From contig CAVORD010000002.1 of assembly GCA_963698535.1 (NCBI GenBank), positions 10,900 to 74,899 on the forward strand: DNA of 64,000 nucleotides, written 5' to 3'. This document shows, one piece after another, positions 1 through 7,355 of this stretch (its first letter is position 1; each line of letters begins with the position of its first letter). The translations under genes were made by a program, and so were the position numbers. The DNA is from an uncultured Bacteroidales bacterium (lineage in GTDB: Bacteria; Bacteroidota; Bacteroidia; Bacteroidales; VadinHA17). The notes under the pieces are model-generated. The model searched no databases. It saw nothing but the letters and a program-made list of their open reading frames with translations, and was not told the origin of the DNA.

Positions 1-1451
1 ATTCAAATCCGGCAGGTATCGTTGAGGAGGATATAGCCAATGCTGCAGAAGTTAAAGCTGAGGAGACTACTGAAGAGGTATTTGCCAGGACAGAAACTGT
101 TCTCGACCGTTCGGTAATGCCGGCAATAGGTCCTGACCCGGACGTTAAGATACCTGAAGTATGGACAGGCGAACTTGCTAATGGAATCAAGATATGGGGA
201 ATCACACAGAATGAACTACCGATGCTCCAGTACGACCTGGTTATTGAAGGTGGCCATCTTCAGGATAACCTCGATAAAGCCGGGGTTGCTAATCTTGTTG
301 CCATCCTGCTGCAAGAGGGAACAATGAATAAGACACCTGAAGAGCTGGAGGATGCCATTGATATGCTTGGTGCAAGGATAAACATTGTTGCCGGCACCGA
401 AAATATTACCGTAAGTGTCAGTACTCTTGCAAAGAATTTCGATTCTACACTTGCCCTTGTTGAGGAGATGCTGCTTGAGCCACGCTGGGATGAGGAGGCA
501 TTTGGTCTGGCGAAGAGCAGGATCCTGAACGGACTCAGGAGAGAGAGATCGATGCCAACAGCTATTGCATCTTCTACTTTCAGTAAGCTTATCTACGGCG
601 AGGATAATATCCTTTCAACAGATGTATCAGGTACTATGCCGTCTGTTGAAAGTATCACCATTGATGATCTGAAGGCATTTTACGAAGCCAACTTCTCCCC
701 TACTGTTTCGAAGGTTCTCATTGCAGGATCGATTGATCTGGATAAGGCAGTTGCATCTCTCTCATCAATTGGAGAGAAGTGGAGCCCAAAAGAGGTGATA
801 CTTAACAGCGTACCAGCCCCAAAGAAAATAGAAAAACCTGTTCTTTACTTTGTAGATGTACCTGGCGCCAAGCAGTCGGTTATAACCATTGGTTGTCCCA
901 CAGTACCAAGGTCAAGTGAAGATTTCTATCCGCTCTATGTAGTAAACCACAAGCTTGGCGGAGCTTCTCTGAACGGAATCTTTAACCTCATCCTCAGGGA
1001 AGAGAAAGGATTTACCTATGGTGCAAGTTCTTCAGTAAGCGGCGGCGAGAACTACGGAGTATTCAGGGCCTTCTCACAGGTCAGGACCACAGCTACCCTG
1101 GAGTCGGTACAGATATTCAAGAACGAGATGGAAAAGTACATTACGGGTGTTCCTCAGGAGTATGTCGATTTCTCGAAGGATGCTCTTATCAAGAGCAATG
1201 CCAGGAGATTTGAGACCCTTAGCGCTCTGACAAACATGCTCGACATGATAAGTTCATACAGCCTGCCGGTTGATTATGTTAAAGGTGAGGAGGCATTTAT
1301 TAAGTCACTTACGATAGATAGTCACAAGGCGATAGCTGAGAAATACCTCAATCCGAAGAACATGTATTTCCTGGTTGTTGGCGATGCCGCCACACAGCTT
1401 AAGGAACTTGAGAAGGCAGGACTGGGTAAGCCTGTACTTATAAATAACTAA
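1..1451 (+). CDS. M16 (insulinase/pitrilysin) family peptidase, C-terminal part; the 5' end lies outside the window
   Basis: The frame of ORF 117..1451 stays open back to nt 3 (SNPAGIVEEDIANAAEV...), so the gene enters from upstream. The translation has the M16 non-catalytic domain pattern (GVANLVAILLQEGT...EELEDAIDMLGA...; ...DDLKAFYEANFSP..VLIAGSID). A hairpin terminator follows. Confidence 0.7.
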   Translation, partial: SNPAGIVEEDIANAAEVKAEETTEEVFARTETVLDRSVMPAIGPDPDVKIPEVWTGELANGIKIWGITQNELPMLQYDLVIEGGHLQDNLDKAGVANLVAILLQEGTMNKTPEELEDAIDMLGARINIVAGTENITVSVSTLAKNFDSTLALVEEMLLEPRWDEEAFGLAKSRILNGLRRERSMPTAIASSTFSKLIYGEDNILSTDVSGTMPSVESITIDDLKAFYEANFSPTVSKVLIAGSIDLDKAVASLSSIGEKWSPKEVILNSVPAPKKIEKPVLYFVDVPGAKQSVITIGCPTVPRSSEDFYPLYVVNHKLGGASLNGIFNLILREEKGFTYGASSSVSGGENYGVFRAFSQVRTTATLESVQIFKNEMEKYITGVPQEYVDFSKDALIKSNARRFETLSALTNMLDMISSYSLPVDYVKGEEAFIKSLTIDSHKAIAEKYLNPKNMYFLVVGDAATQLKELEKAGLGKPVLINN

Positions 1452-1476
1452 TCCAAGACAAAGGATTTATAAATGG

Positions 1477-1513
1477 GCAGGCTGTGAAATCATCGCAGCC
1501 TGCTTCATTTTTT
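1477..1513 (+). terminator. Rho-independent terminator after the M16 gene
   Basis: An 8-bp stem, GCAGGCTG (1477-1484) with CAGCCTGC (1496-1503), is followed by a T-run at 1508-1513. Confidence 0.6.
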
Positions 1514-1744
1514 CAAAATAGATTGGGAACTGTTACATAATATTCTAATTTTGCACGTGAAATACCATAAATCATCTTTATAAAGCTTAATGCCCGGATG
1601 GTAGGGGCGAACGTTAAGAAAACACCCGGTGGGTATTTTTAGTGAGCAGCCAGACTGCGGGGAGGACATTCCACCATCCCCAACAAATGGCAGAGTTCTT
1701 TTGAAGTTGAAGACATTTATATATTGCTACCAAGTATCTAGAAT

Positions 1745-1828
1745 GCCCGGATGGTGGAATGGTAGACACGCAGGACTTAAAATCCTGTGACCATTGCGGT
1801 TGTGCGGGTTCAAGTCCCGCTCCGGGTA
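1745..1828 (+). tRNA. tRNA-Leu, anticodon UAA, with a long variable arm
   Basis: Cloverleaf read by eye. Acceptor GCCCGGA/TCCGGGT. Anticodon stem CAGGA/TCCTG with loop CTTAAAA (anticodon TAA). Long variable arm. T-arm GCGGG-TTCAAGT-CCCGC. Discriminator A. No encoded CCA. Confidence 0.9.
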
Positions 1829-1982
1829 CTGAAAAGCTTCATAGAAATATGAGGCTTTTCTATTTTTTAAGCTCTTTAATAAGAATCCGTTCGAGGGACG
1901 GTTCAAGCTGATCCCGCCCTGGCGGGAGAAGTGCTGACCCGAACAAAGTGAGGCGTCGGCATCCCGCTCCGGGTACAAAAAC

Positions 1983-2032
1983 AGAGTGAGAGTGAGAGCG
2001 AAAGCTTGAACGAAACTCTCACTCTTCTTTTT
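1983..2032. terminator. Bidirectional hairpin terminator between tRNA-Leu (+) and the GreA-like gene (-)
   Basis: An 11-bp stem, AGAGTGAGAGT (1983-1993) with ACTCTCACTCT (2015-2025). TCTTTTT follows on the + strand, and an A-run precedes it (a T-run on the - strand). Confidence 0.55.
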
Positions 2033-2065
2033 ACTTACCCCTATTTGCAATAATTAAATGTTGTT

Positions 2066-2569
2066 CTACCGATAGGTTATTTCCATTATCTCAAAGACAA
2101 TATTGTCGTGGTCGCGCTTCAAGGTTACACTCTCACCCGTTCTCTTATTCAATAACATCCTGGCCAGTGGTGAGATGAAAGATATTTTACCCTTCGCAAT
2201 ATCCGCCTCATCAACGCCGACTATTCTGAATGTCTGAAGATTATCTGACTCACCTTCACAGAGGGTCACGGTTGCCCCGAAGGTAATTTCATTGGCTTGT
2301 TGTTCAGGCATTTCAACTACTCTGGCTTCCGCAATCCTTTCGTTAAGCAATTGTAATTTTGCATTTATTATGTTCTTTGAAATACGCGTCTCATTATCAT
2401 TTGTGCTGCCAAGGTTATCCCTCTCCTCGATAAGTTCCTCTTTTTCTTTTAAAAGCTGACCCATGCCCTCACTGGTTACAAAATTAGCAACCCCCTTTGG
2501 CAAATACGCCCTTTGGGGTATAACAGGTACTTCTTCCTGGTCTCCTTCCCTTACAAACCCTCTACTCAT
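2066..2569 (-). CDS. GreA/GreB-family transcription elongation factor-like protein
   Basis: A coiled-coil N-terminal part (LLKEKEELIEERDNL...LLNERIAEA) plus a GreA/B C-terminal domain-like FGATVTL....FRIVG.DEAD...GKIS..SPLARMLLNKR.GE. The ORF-track start at 2596 is TTG, so I used the ATG at 2569 (MSRGFVREGD...). Confidence 0.65.
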   Translation of the reverse strand: MSRGFVREGDQEEVPVIPQRAYLPKGVANFVTSEGMGQLLKEKEELIEERDNLGSTNDNETRISKNIINAKLQLLNERIAEARVVEMPEQQANEITFGATVTLCEGESDNLQTFRIVGVDEADIAKGKISFISPLARMLLNKRTGESVTLKRDHDNIVFEIMEITYR

Positions 2570-2733
2570 AATATTTCGGTTATGGTTATTGATCAATATG
2601 CTGAAAGGTATTGGCCATCAGCATAAGATGATAATAAGCAGATTTACAGGTAAATTTATAATTATCTGAGGTAATATGGAAAAACATTTCCATTTACCAT
2701 AGCCCGATCTAATATTAATCTGATTCTAAACGC

Positions 2734-2792
2734 ATGTAATAACTATGTAATTAACTATGTAGTTAACTATGTAGTTAATTATGTAGTTATTG
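2734..2792. repeat. Tandem repeat, about 5 copies of an 11-12-nt unit (ATGTAGTTAACT-like)
   Basis: ATGTA recurs at 2734, 2745, 2757, 2769 and 2781. This explains the NYIVNYIVNYIV translation of spurious ORF 2726..3055. Confidence 0.85.
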
Positions 2793-2950
2793 ATGGCGTC
2801 TGGAAACAGGATCAAAGGGAAAAAGGATAACCGCAGAGAACGCCAAGCATTAAGCAGAGTTCGCAGAGAGAAACAGTTTGCTAGGTGACCCGTGAAATCC
2901 AGTTGGCAGGAGGCAATTGGTGGTTGTCCTGTACGGTGTAATAATAGTTT

Positions 2951-3126
2951 CCCCTCCTTGGAAAGGAGGGGTGCCCACGCTTTAGCGTGGGCGGGGTGGT
3001 TAATCTCAGTTGCAAAAAGCCACCTCCCAACGAACACCAACCCACCTCCGGGCACCGTAGCTCATTGAGCGAAGGTGACCCCTGGCCCCCGACGCTACGG
3101 TCGGGGCAGGCCCTCCATTGGAGGGG
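2951..3126. repeat. Cluster of four short GC-rich perfect hairpins in an AT-rich intergenic region
   Basis: CCCCTCCTT-GGA-AAGGAGGGG (2951-2971). GCCCACGC-TTTA-GCGTGGGC (2973-2992). CCCCGAC-GCTACG-GTCGGGG (3087-3106). CCCTCC-ATTG-GAGGG(G) (3111-3126). Confidence 0.8.
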
Positions 3127-3187
3127 ATTTATTAATGCAAATCTTCAGTTTTCAATCAATAATCCAAACCAAGTCTACTCCGAAAAA

Positions 3188-3250
3188 ACTTGCAACTTGC
3201 AACTTGCAACCCTGACGCTCCTTACAGTCGGTCAGGATCTCCGACTTGCA
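3188..3250. repeat. Heptamer tandem (ACTTGCA)x3, a further copy, and a CCTGAC/GTCAGG hairpin
   Basis: ACTTGCA x3 at 3188-3208. Hairpin CCTGAC (3211-3216) with GTCAGG (3231-3236); its loop GCTCCTTACAGTCG resembles the 3087-3106 hairpin core. A fourth ACTTGCA lies at 3244-3250. Confidence 0.7.
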
Positions 3251-3291
3251 ACCTCCGACCTGTGACCTTTTCCGACCTTCTGTTGCTTGCT

Positions 3292-5106
3292 CTATTTCAC
3301 ATTAATGGTTGTACTTACGGTACCTCCTTTAACAGAGTCGTATTTAACTAAAACCTTTCCTGATCCTTTCACCAGGTATTGAATTGTCCTGGAGGTTTTT
3401 CCGGGATGACCGTTTCTTATCATAATACGTTTAAGATCTTTCTGGTCTATCTCCTGAGTAACAGGATTCAGGTAGTCAAATGTTTTTGCATCATTGATCC
3501 AGCTTGCAGAGATAACTTCAACGTTACCTTCCATGGTAAGGAGGTCGGGTCTGACAACATTGTTCTGTGCTGCTTTTTCAGTTATTGTAGGGGCTACTTT
3601 AGGATTGGAAAACTCAACTCTGACCCTGTAAACATCGTTACCTATTTTCTCTACCCTGGTGTCTCCCATCTTCATCATTGGCATTTCATCGGCCTGATAA
3701 AGAGTGAATGCCATATTTCTGTGACACAGTTCTTCATTCATAAACCTTGGCGGAACTCTTCCCCTGGTCTTCTTCCAGCGGCCACCCATCTCCACTTTTC
3801 CGTACTCGGGATGGTTAAACTCTTTCCAGTCGACGTACTCATCACCAAATTCGAGATAATCATCAAAGAAGAAGTCACCTGCCTGACCTGCGATAGGGCT
3901 GTTTGGATCTTCTCTTTGCTTCTGTAGTTCAGGACTTGTAAAATATTGCTGCCCGTTCCATAGTTCATTTGAAAAAGAGATCATCCCGAGGCCATCATTT
4001 GTCCAGTCAATAAAACCACCATGAACAGTATACAAACCACTCCATATTACTATGTACCTGTAAAAAGGCAAGATCCGCTCCCCGTTCTTACCCAGTTCAT
4101 CATAGAACCTGACATCTGACGCAGGATATTCTCCGGCTGCTTCAGCACCAGGGCCACGAAGTATCATCCCTCCGTTATTATGATAAGCCTGCACACCTGC
4201 AATATTAGGATGGGCCATCAGGAATTTATTAACCGCGTCAGCTTCAGGCAACTGAAAGGGGAATTCCATTGCTCCACCCTGGACATAGTCGGGTTGCCAG
4301 TCGATCGCCCAGTTTCTGTTCGGATCGTAACTGCCCGGGCCATCTTCATTAACAAAACCATCGCCATCATCATCGATCCCTTCTGTTCCGAGAATGATAT
4401 AGTCACCTGTTTCTCCAAAACCTACAGGCTCCATGATCCTTTTATCCCTTGAGCTTATCCTCATATTACCCTGTCCGGGCACATAAACTCTTATCTGCTC
4501 AATCACTCCGTTGCCGTTAAGGTCGTTTGGTCCGTCCTCATCATAAAGTCCATCATTATCATCGTCAACAGGAACATGGCCCGACCTTGCTCCTCCACCG
4601 TCACCTTCCATAAAATACTGGTGGCCGTCGGGGTTAACGGTCGGGAAAATATAAAAGACTCTTTCATTGACCAGCTGGGTTATCTTGTCTATCCTTCCAT
4701 AGTTCTCCATAAGATACCAAATGGTATACAGGCAGATCTCACTTCCCTGAATTTCATTGCCATGAATATTGGCATCAATATACATTGCAGCCTTGCTTAA
4801 TTCAGTGCCTGTTTCAGGATTGTTAATTGTCATATACATTATCTCCTGACCATTGTACGATTTCCCTACTGATCCCAGTTTCAGGAATTTGGGAAATGCC
4901 TTTTCAAGCCTTCTCATATCGTCCCACAATTCATTCACATCGTGCCAGCGGTTAAAGTCGAGTTTAACCTTGAACTGGGGGTCTGAGGCATAATTCTGAC
5001 CAAAAGAGACAGGTGTTGCCATTGTCATCATTATCATAATGACAAAAGCACTTGCCAGGGTTTTATATAATGTTTTCACTTTTATTTCCTCCATTTTGAG
5101 TTTCAT
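3292..5106 (-). CDS. Secreted M14-family zinc carboxypeptidase with Asp-rich (calcium-binding-like) inserts
   Basis: Signal peptide. Zn motif DANIHGNEIQGSE (HxxE). NPDG and DPNRNW substrate-site motifs. A later YH (third Zn ligand) and FSNELW (catalytic Glu). DDDNDGLYDEDGPNDLNGNG and DDDGDGFVNEDG inserts. Confidence 0.8.
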   Translation of the reverse strand: MKLKMEEIKVKTLYKTLASAFVIMIMMTMATPVSFGQNYASDPQFKVKLDFNRWHDVNELWDDMRRLEKAFPKFLKLGSVGKSYNGQEIMYMTINNPETGTELSKAAMYIDANIHGNEIQGSEICLYTIWYLMENYGRIDKITQLVNERVFYIFPTVNPDGHQYFMEGDGGGARSGHVPVDDDNDGLYDEDGPNDLNGNGVIEQIRVYVPGQGNMRISSRDKRIMEPVGFGETGDYIILGTEGIDDDGDGFVNEDGPGSYDPNRNWAIDWQPDYVQGGAMEFPFQLPEADAVNKFLMAHPNIAGVQAYHNNGGMILRGPGAEAAGEYPASDVRFYDELGKNGERILPFYRYIVIWSGLYTVHGGFIDWTNDGLGMISFSNELWNGQQYFTSPELQKQREDPNSPIAGQAGDFFFDDYLEFGDEYVDWKEFNHPEYGKVEMGGRWKKTRGRVPPRFMNEELCHRNMAFTLYQADEMPMMKMGDTRVEKIGNDVYRVRVEFSNPKVAPTITEKAAQNNVVRPDLLTMEGNVEVISASWINDAKTFDYLNPVTQEIDQKDLKRIMIRNGHPGKTSRTIQYLVKGSGKVLVKYDSVKGGTVSTTINVK

Positions 5107-5116
5107 AATAAATCAA

Positions 5117-6091
5117 TTATTTCAGGGTAATAACTACCTTATCGGTTCCTGCCTTTTCTGAAGCAACTACAAGTTCAATTTTATCACCTGATTTTCCTTT
5201 AATAAGCCATTCATACTTCTGTCTCATCCCTGAACCAGCCAGCGCCTGGAAGAAATTTGTTTTGGCATTTCCGGAAATAATTGTCTCGGGGGTCACTCCC
5301 AGTTGAACCATGGTAGGTTTGACAGACCTTGAAGTAACACCCTGACTCAGAGCGGTTGGAAGAAACCCGTTATTTTCCACTTCAGCCTTTATCCTGAATA
5401 TACCTCCTCCATGATTAACAACCTCTGCTTTAACGATCTTTACATTCGCATATAAGCCTGCCAGTGATACGACAAACTTGCCATGAGCTTCTCCAAGTGC
5501 ATTTATTCTATCGGCGGGCGGGTTATTAACTTCGTAGGGAGTGAATCCTCCTATTTCAACCTCGCCAAGATCAGGATGTTTGAAAGGTTTCCAGTCGACA
5601 AATCCATTTATGTTGTTCTTATCGAGCCAGTTAAGATAACTCTTATCTATCCCTGTAGTCTGGGAAGAGGCCGTTGCCACCCGTGCCTGTGGAGAGGCTG
5701 GCCTGGCTCCCCTTTCCGGCGCCGGAGCATTCGTTGCAGTGGCTTCATCGGTGTTGCCTCCGCCTGCTCTTCTTTGTCCTGCGTTATCGGCGGCCAGATC
5801 AATACCCCAACCGGAGGTGGATAGTGAAAGTGCGCCAAACTGAAAATAGCCATATTGAAAAAAGGCACCTTTGGGATCTCGTAATGGCGGTTGTGTTTTA
5901 ATTCCTGTTAACTCTTTGTAGATATCACCAACCTTATTGAAATATTCAAGATCTGCACCACTAAAAGTAGTTGAGGCTGTTACAGAAGGCCTCTGCCTTC
6001 CTGTAGGTGCCGCTGCGGCCTGTTGATTCTGTCTTCCTCCGCCCATAAAAAACCTGTTACCAAAACCCCCTCCGCTGCTGGTATTTACCAT
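5117..6091 (-). CDS. C-terminal fragment of the M14-like paralog (reading frame continues from 6120..7124 after a 1-nt shift)
   Basis: ...DWKPFKHPDLGEVEIGG... parallels DWKEFNHPEYGKVEMGG of the 604-aa M14 protein. This frame is open upstream to about 6165, so it overlaps the end of the upstream fragment. Confidence 0.6.
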   Translation of the reverse strand: MVNTSSGGGFGNRFFMGGGRQNQQAAAAPTGRQRPSVTASTTFSGADLEYFNKVGDIYKELTGIKTQPPLRDPKGAFFQYGYFQFGALSLSTSGWGIDLAADNAGQRRAGGGNTDEATATNAPAPERGARPASPQARVATASSQTTGIDKSYLNWLDKNNINGFVDWKPFKHPDLGEVEIGGFTPYEVNNPPADRINALGEAHGKFVVSLAGLYANVKIVKAEVVNHGGGIFRIKAEVENNGFLPTALSQGVTSRSVKPTMVQLGVTPETIISGNAKTNFFQALAGSGMRQKYEWLIKGKSGDKIELVVASEKAGTDKVVITLK

Positions 6092-6119
6092 TCCAACCTT
6101 TCCTGCACCGGAATAACTG

Positions 6120-7055
6120 TCATTTGCAATTTTTATCAGTTCGAGCCCCTTTGTCGGAACTTAATGTTCCTCTTGCTGAAGGGGGAATTATGAGGTTATC
6201 ACTTTCCCCGAAGTTGAGCATGATGGCAATATTCCTGTGTTTAATGATCCACTCCATTAGTGCTCTTGACTCATACTCGCTTACCATATGCTTTCCTGCA
6301 TCTTCAGTGAAGTATGGATAATCATGCATAAAGTTGCGGTTAATATCAGTTCCACCAACAGGATCTTCATTGATAAATCCATCCTTATCATTATCAACTC
6401 CTTCCCAATAGATGGAGTATACACCCTTTTCACCTTTAGCAGGATCGGCTTTTTTCATCAGCCTTGGCTCATCCTTATCTGTCATCCAGAGGCCATTTTC
6501 GTCTTTGACCCTCATCATTGTAATGAATCCGTCCTTGTTCAGATCTTCGGGACCATCCTCATCCATCCTGCCATCATTATCACTGTCATATTGATGGGCA
6601 TTTGTTTTTACTCCTGCTTTTACGGCAGCAAACATTTTTTCAGCACCATCAGGATTCATTCTGGGGATTATGTAAAAAACATGTTCATTGATACTCTTCT
6701 TTACAGCATCATCCGAATTGTAATTTTTCAGAAGATGATTTATTACAGCAAGGGATAGCTCGCTGCCTATAAGATGATCGCCCTCGAAATTTGCGCCTAT
6801 AAACATAGCGGGCCTTTCCATCTCAGGCACTCCTCCCGGATTAGCTATTGTAACCAGCCAGAGGTCTCTTCCCTCAACTGTTTTGCCAATAGACTCAATT
6901 TTTGCAACGTTCTTATTGGCTTCGACAATTCTCTTCAGCTCTTTTGTCATCGAATCATAATTATGATAGGATGATAGTCCCTGTGCTATTACAGCAGGGC
7001 CTGATATGAGCATTACGAGAATGGCAATTGCAACCATTAATCCCCGTCTGCTCAT
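6120..7055 (-). CDS. N-terminal fragment of the M14-like paralog with degenerate active-site residues
   Basis: It is collinear with the 604-aa M14 (NPDG, DNDGRMDEDGPEDLNKDG, DNDKDGFINED, DINRNF), but the Zn motif reads GANFEGDHLIGSE. The ORF track starts at 7124. The ATG at 7055 gives a clean signal peptide (MSRRGLMVAIAILVMLISGPAVIAQG). Confidence 0.6.
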   Translation of the reverse strand: MSRRGLMVAIAILVMLISGPAVIAQGLSSYHNYDSMTKELKRIVEANKNVAKIESIGKTVEGRDLWLVTIANPGGVPEMERPAMFIGANFEGDHLIGSELSLAVINHLLKNYNSDDAVKKSINEHVFYIIPRMNPDGAEKMFAAVKAGVKTNAHQYDSDNDGRMDEDGPEDLNKDGFITMMRVKDENGLWMTDKDEPRLMKKADPAKGEKGVYSIYWEGVDNDKDGFINEDPVGGTDINRNFMHDYPYFTEDAGKHMVSEYESRALMEWIIKHRNIAIMLNFGESDNLIIPPSARGTLSSDKGARTDKNCK

Positions 7056-7264
7056 TTTAACTGATCTTAAAATTTTCTTCTCTTTGGACTCCATTTTTTT
7101 AAGGTTTAATATTTCAAAGGTCATTCCTCTTTCAATTAAAAATGAATATTATAAATAATAACTATCAGTAAGAAAATTTTAACATTAATTATCATTCCAA
7201 GGGGCTATTTATGATAATTAATATATGGACGGGCAGGTTGCAACAACATTAATATCTCTTCATG

Positions 7265-7300
7265 AAAAAAGGAGAGCGGGTGTTTCCATCCTCGCTCTCC
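7265..7300 (-). terminator. Rho-independent terminator after the BNR-repeat gene
   Basis: Stem GGAGAGCG (7271-7278) with CGCTCTCC (7293-7300). An A-run at 7265-7270 gives a T-run after the hairpin on the - strand. Confidence 0.6.
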
Positions 7301-7355
7301 AAATTTTTCAAATCTTTAAATGTTTAGAAAATCAGAAAACATGATAATCCTAGTC

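Noticed and set aside
1591-1690. Possible SRP (4.5S) RNA, because of an AGCAGCC motif (1645-1651) upstream of tRNA-Leu.
   Set aside because: The conserved domain IV context (a CCGGAAGG-type GNRA tetraloop immediately 5' of AGCAGCC) is absent. I also could not fold the flanks into the required long helix by hand. An Infernal scan would settle it.
1727-2050. 107-aa minus-strand ORF.
   Set aside because: It runs antisense through the tRNA-Leu gene and the terminator hairpin, and it has no coding-like features.
2734-2792. A possible CRISPR array.
   Set aside because: The repeat units are only 11-12 nt and directly abut each other with no spacers. There are no cas genes in the window.
2726-3265. 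ORFs 2726..3055 (-) and 2987..3265 (+) in the GreA/M14 spacer.
   Set aside because: Their sequences are direct read-outs of the tandem 12-mers (NYIVNYIVNYIV) and the GC hairpins (Pro/Gly/Trp-rich). I treat the region as non-coding repeats.
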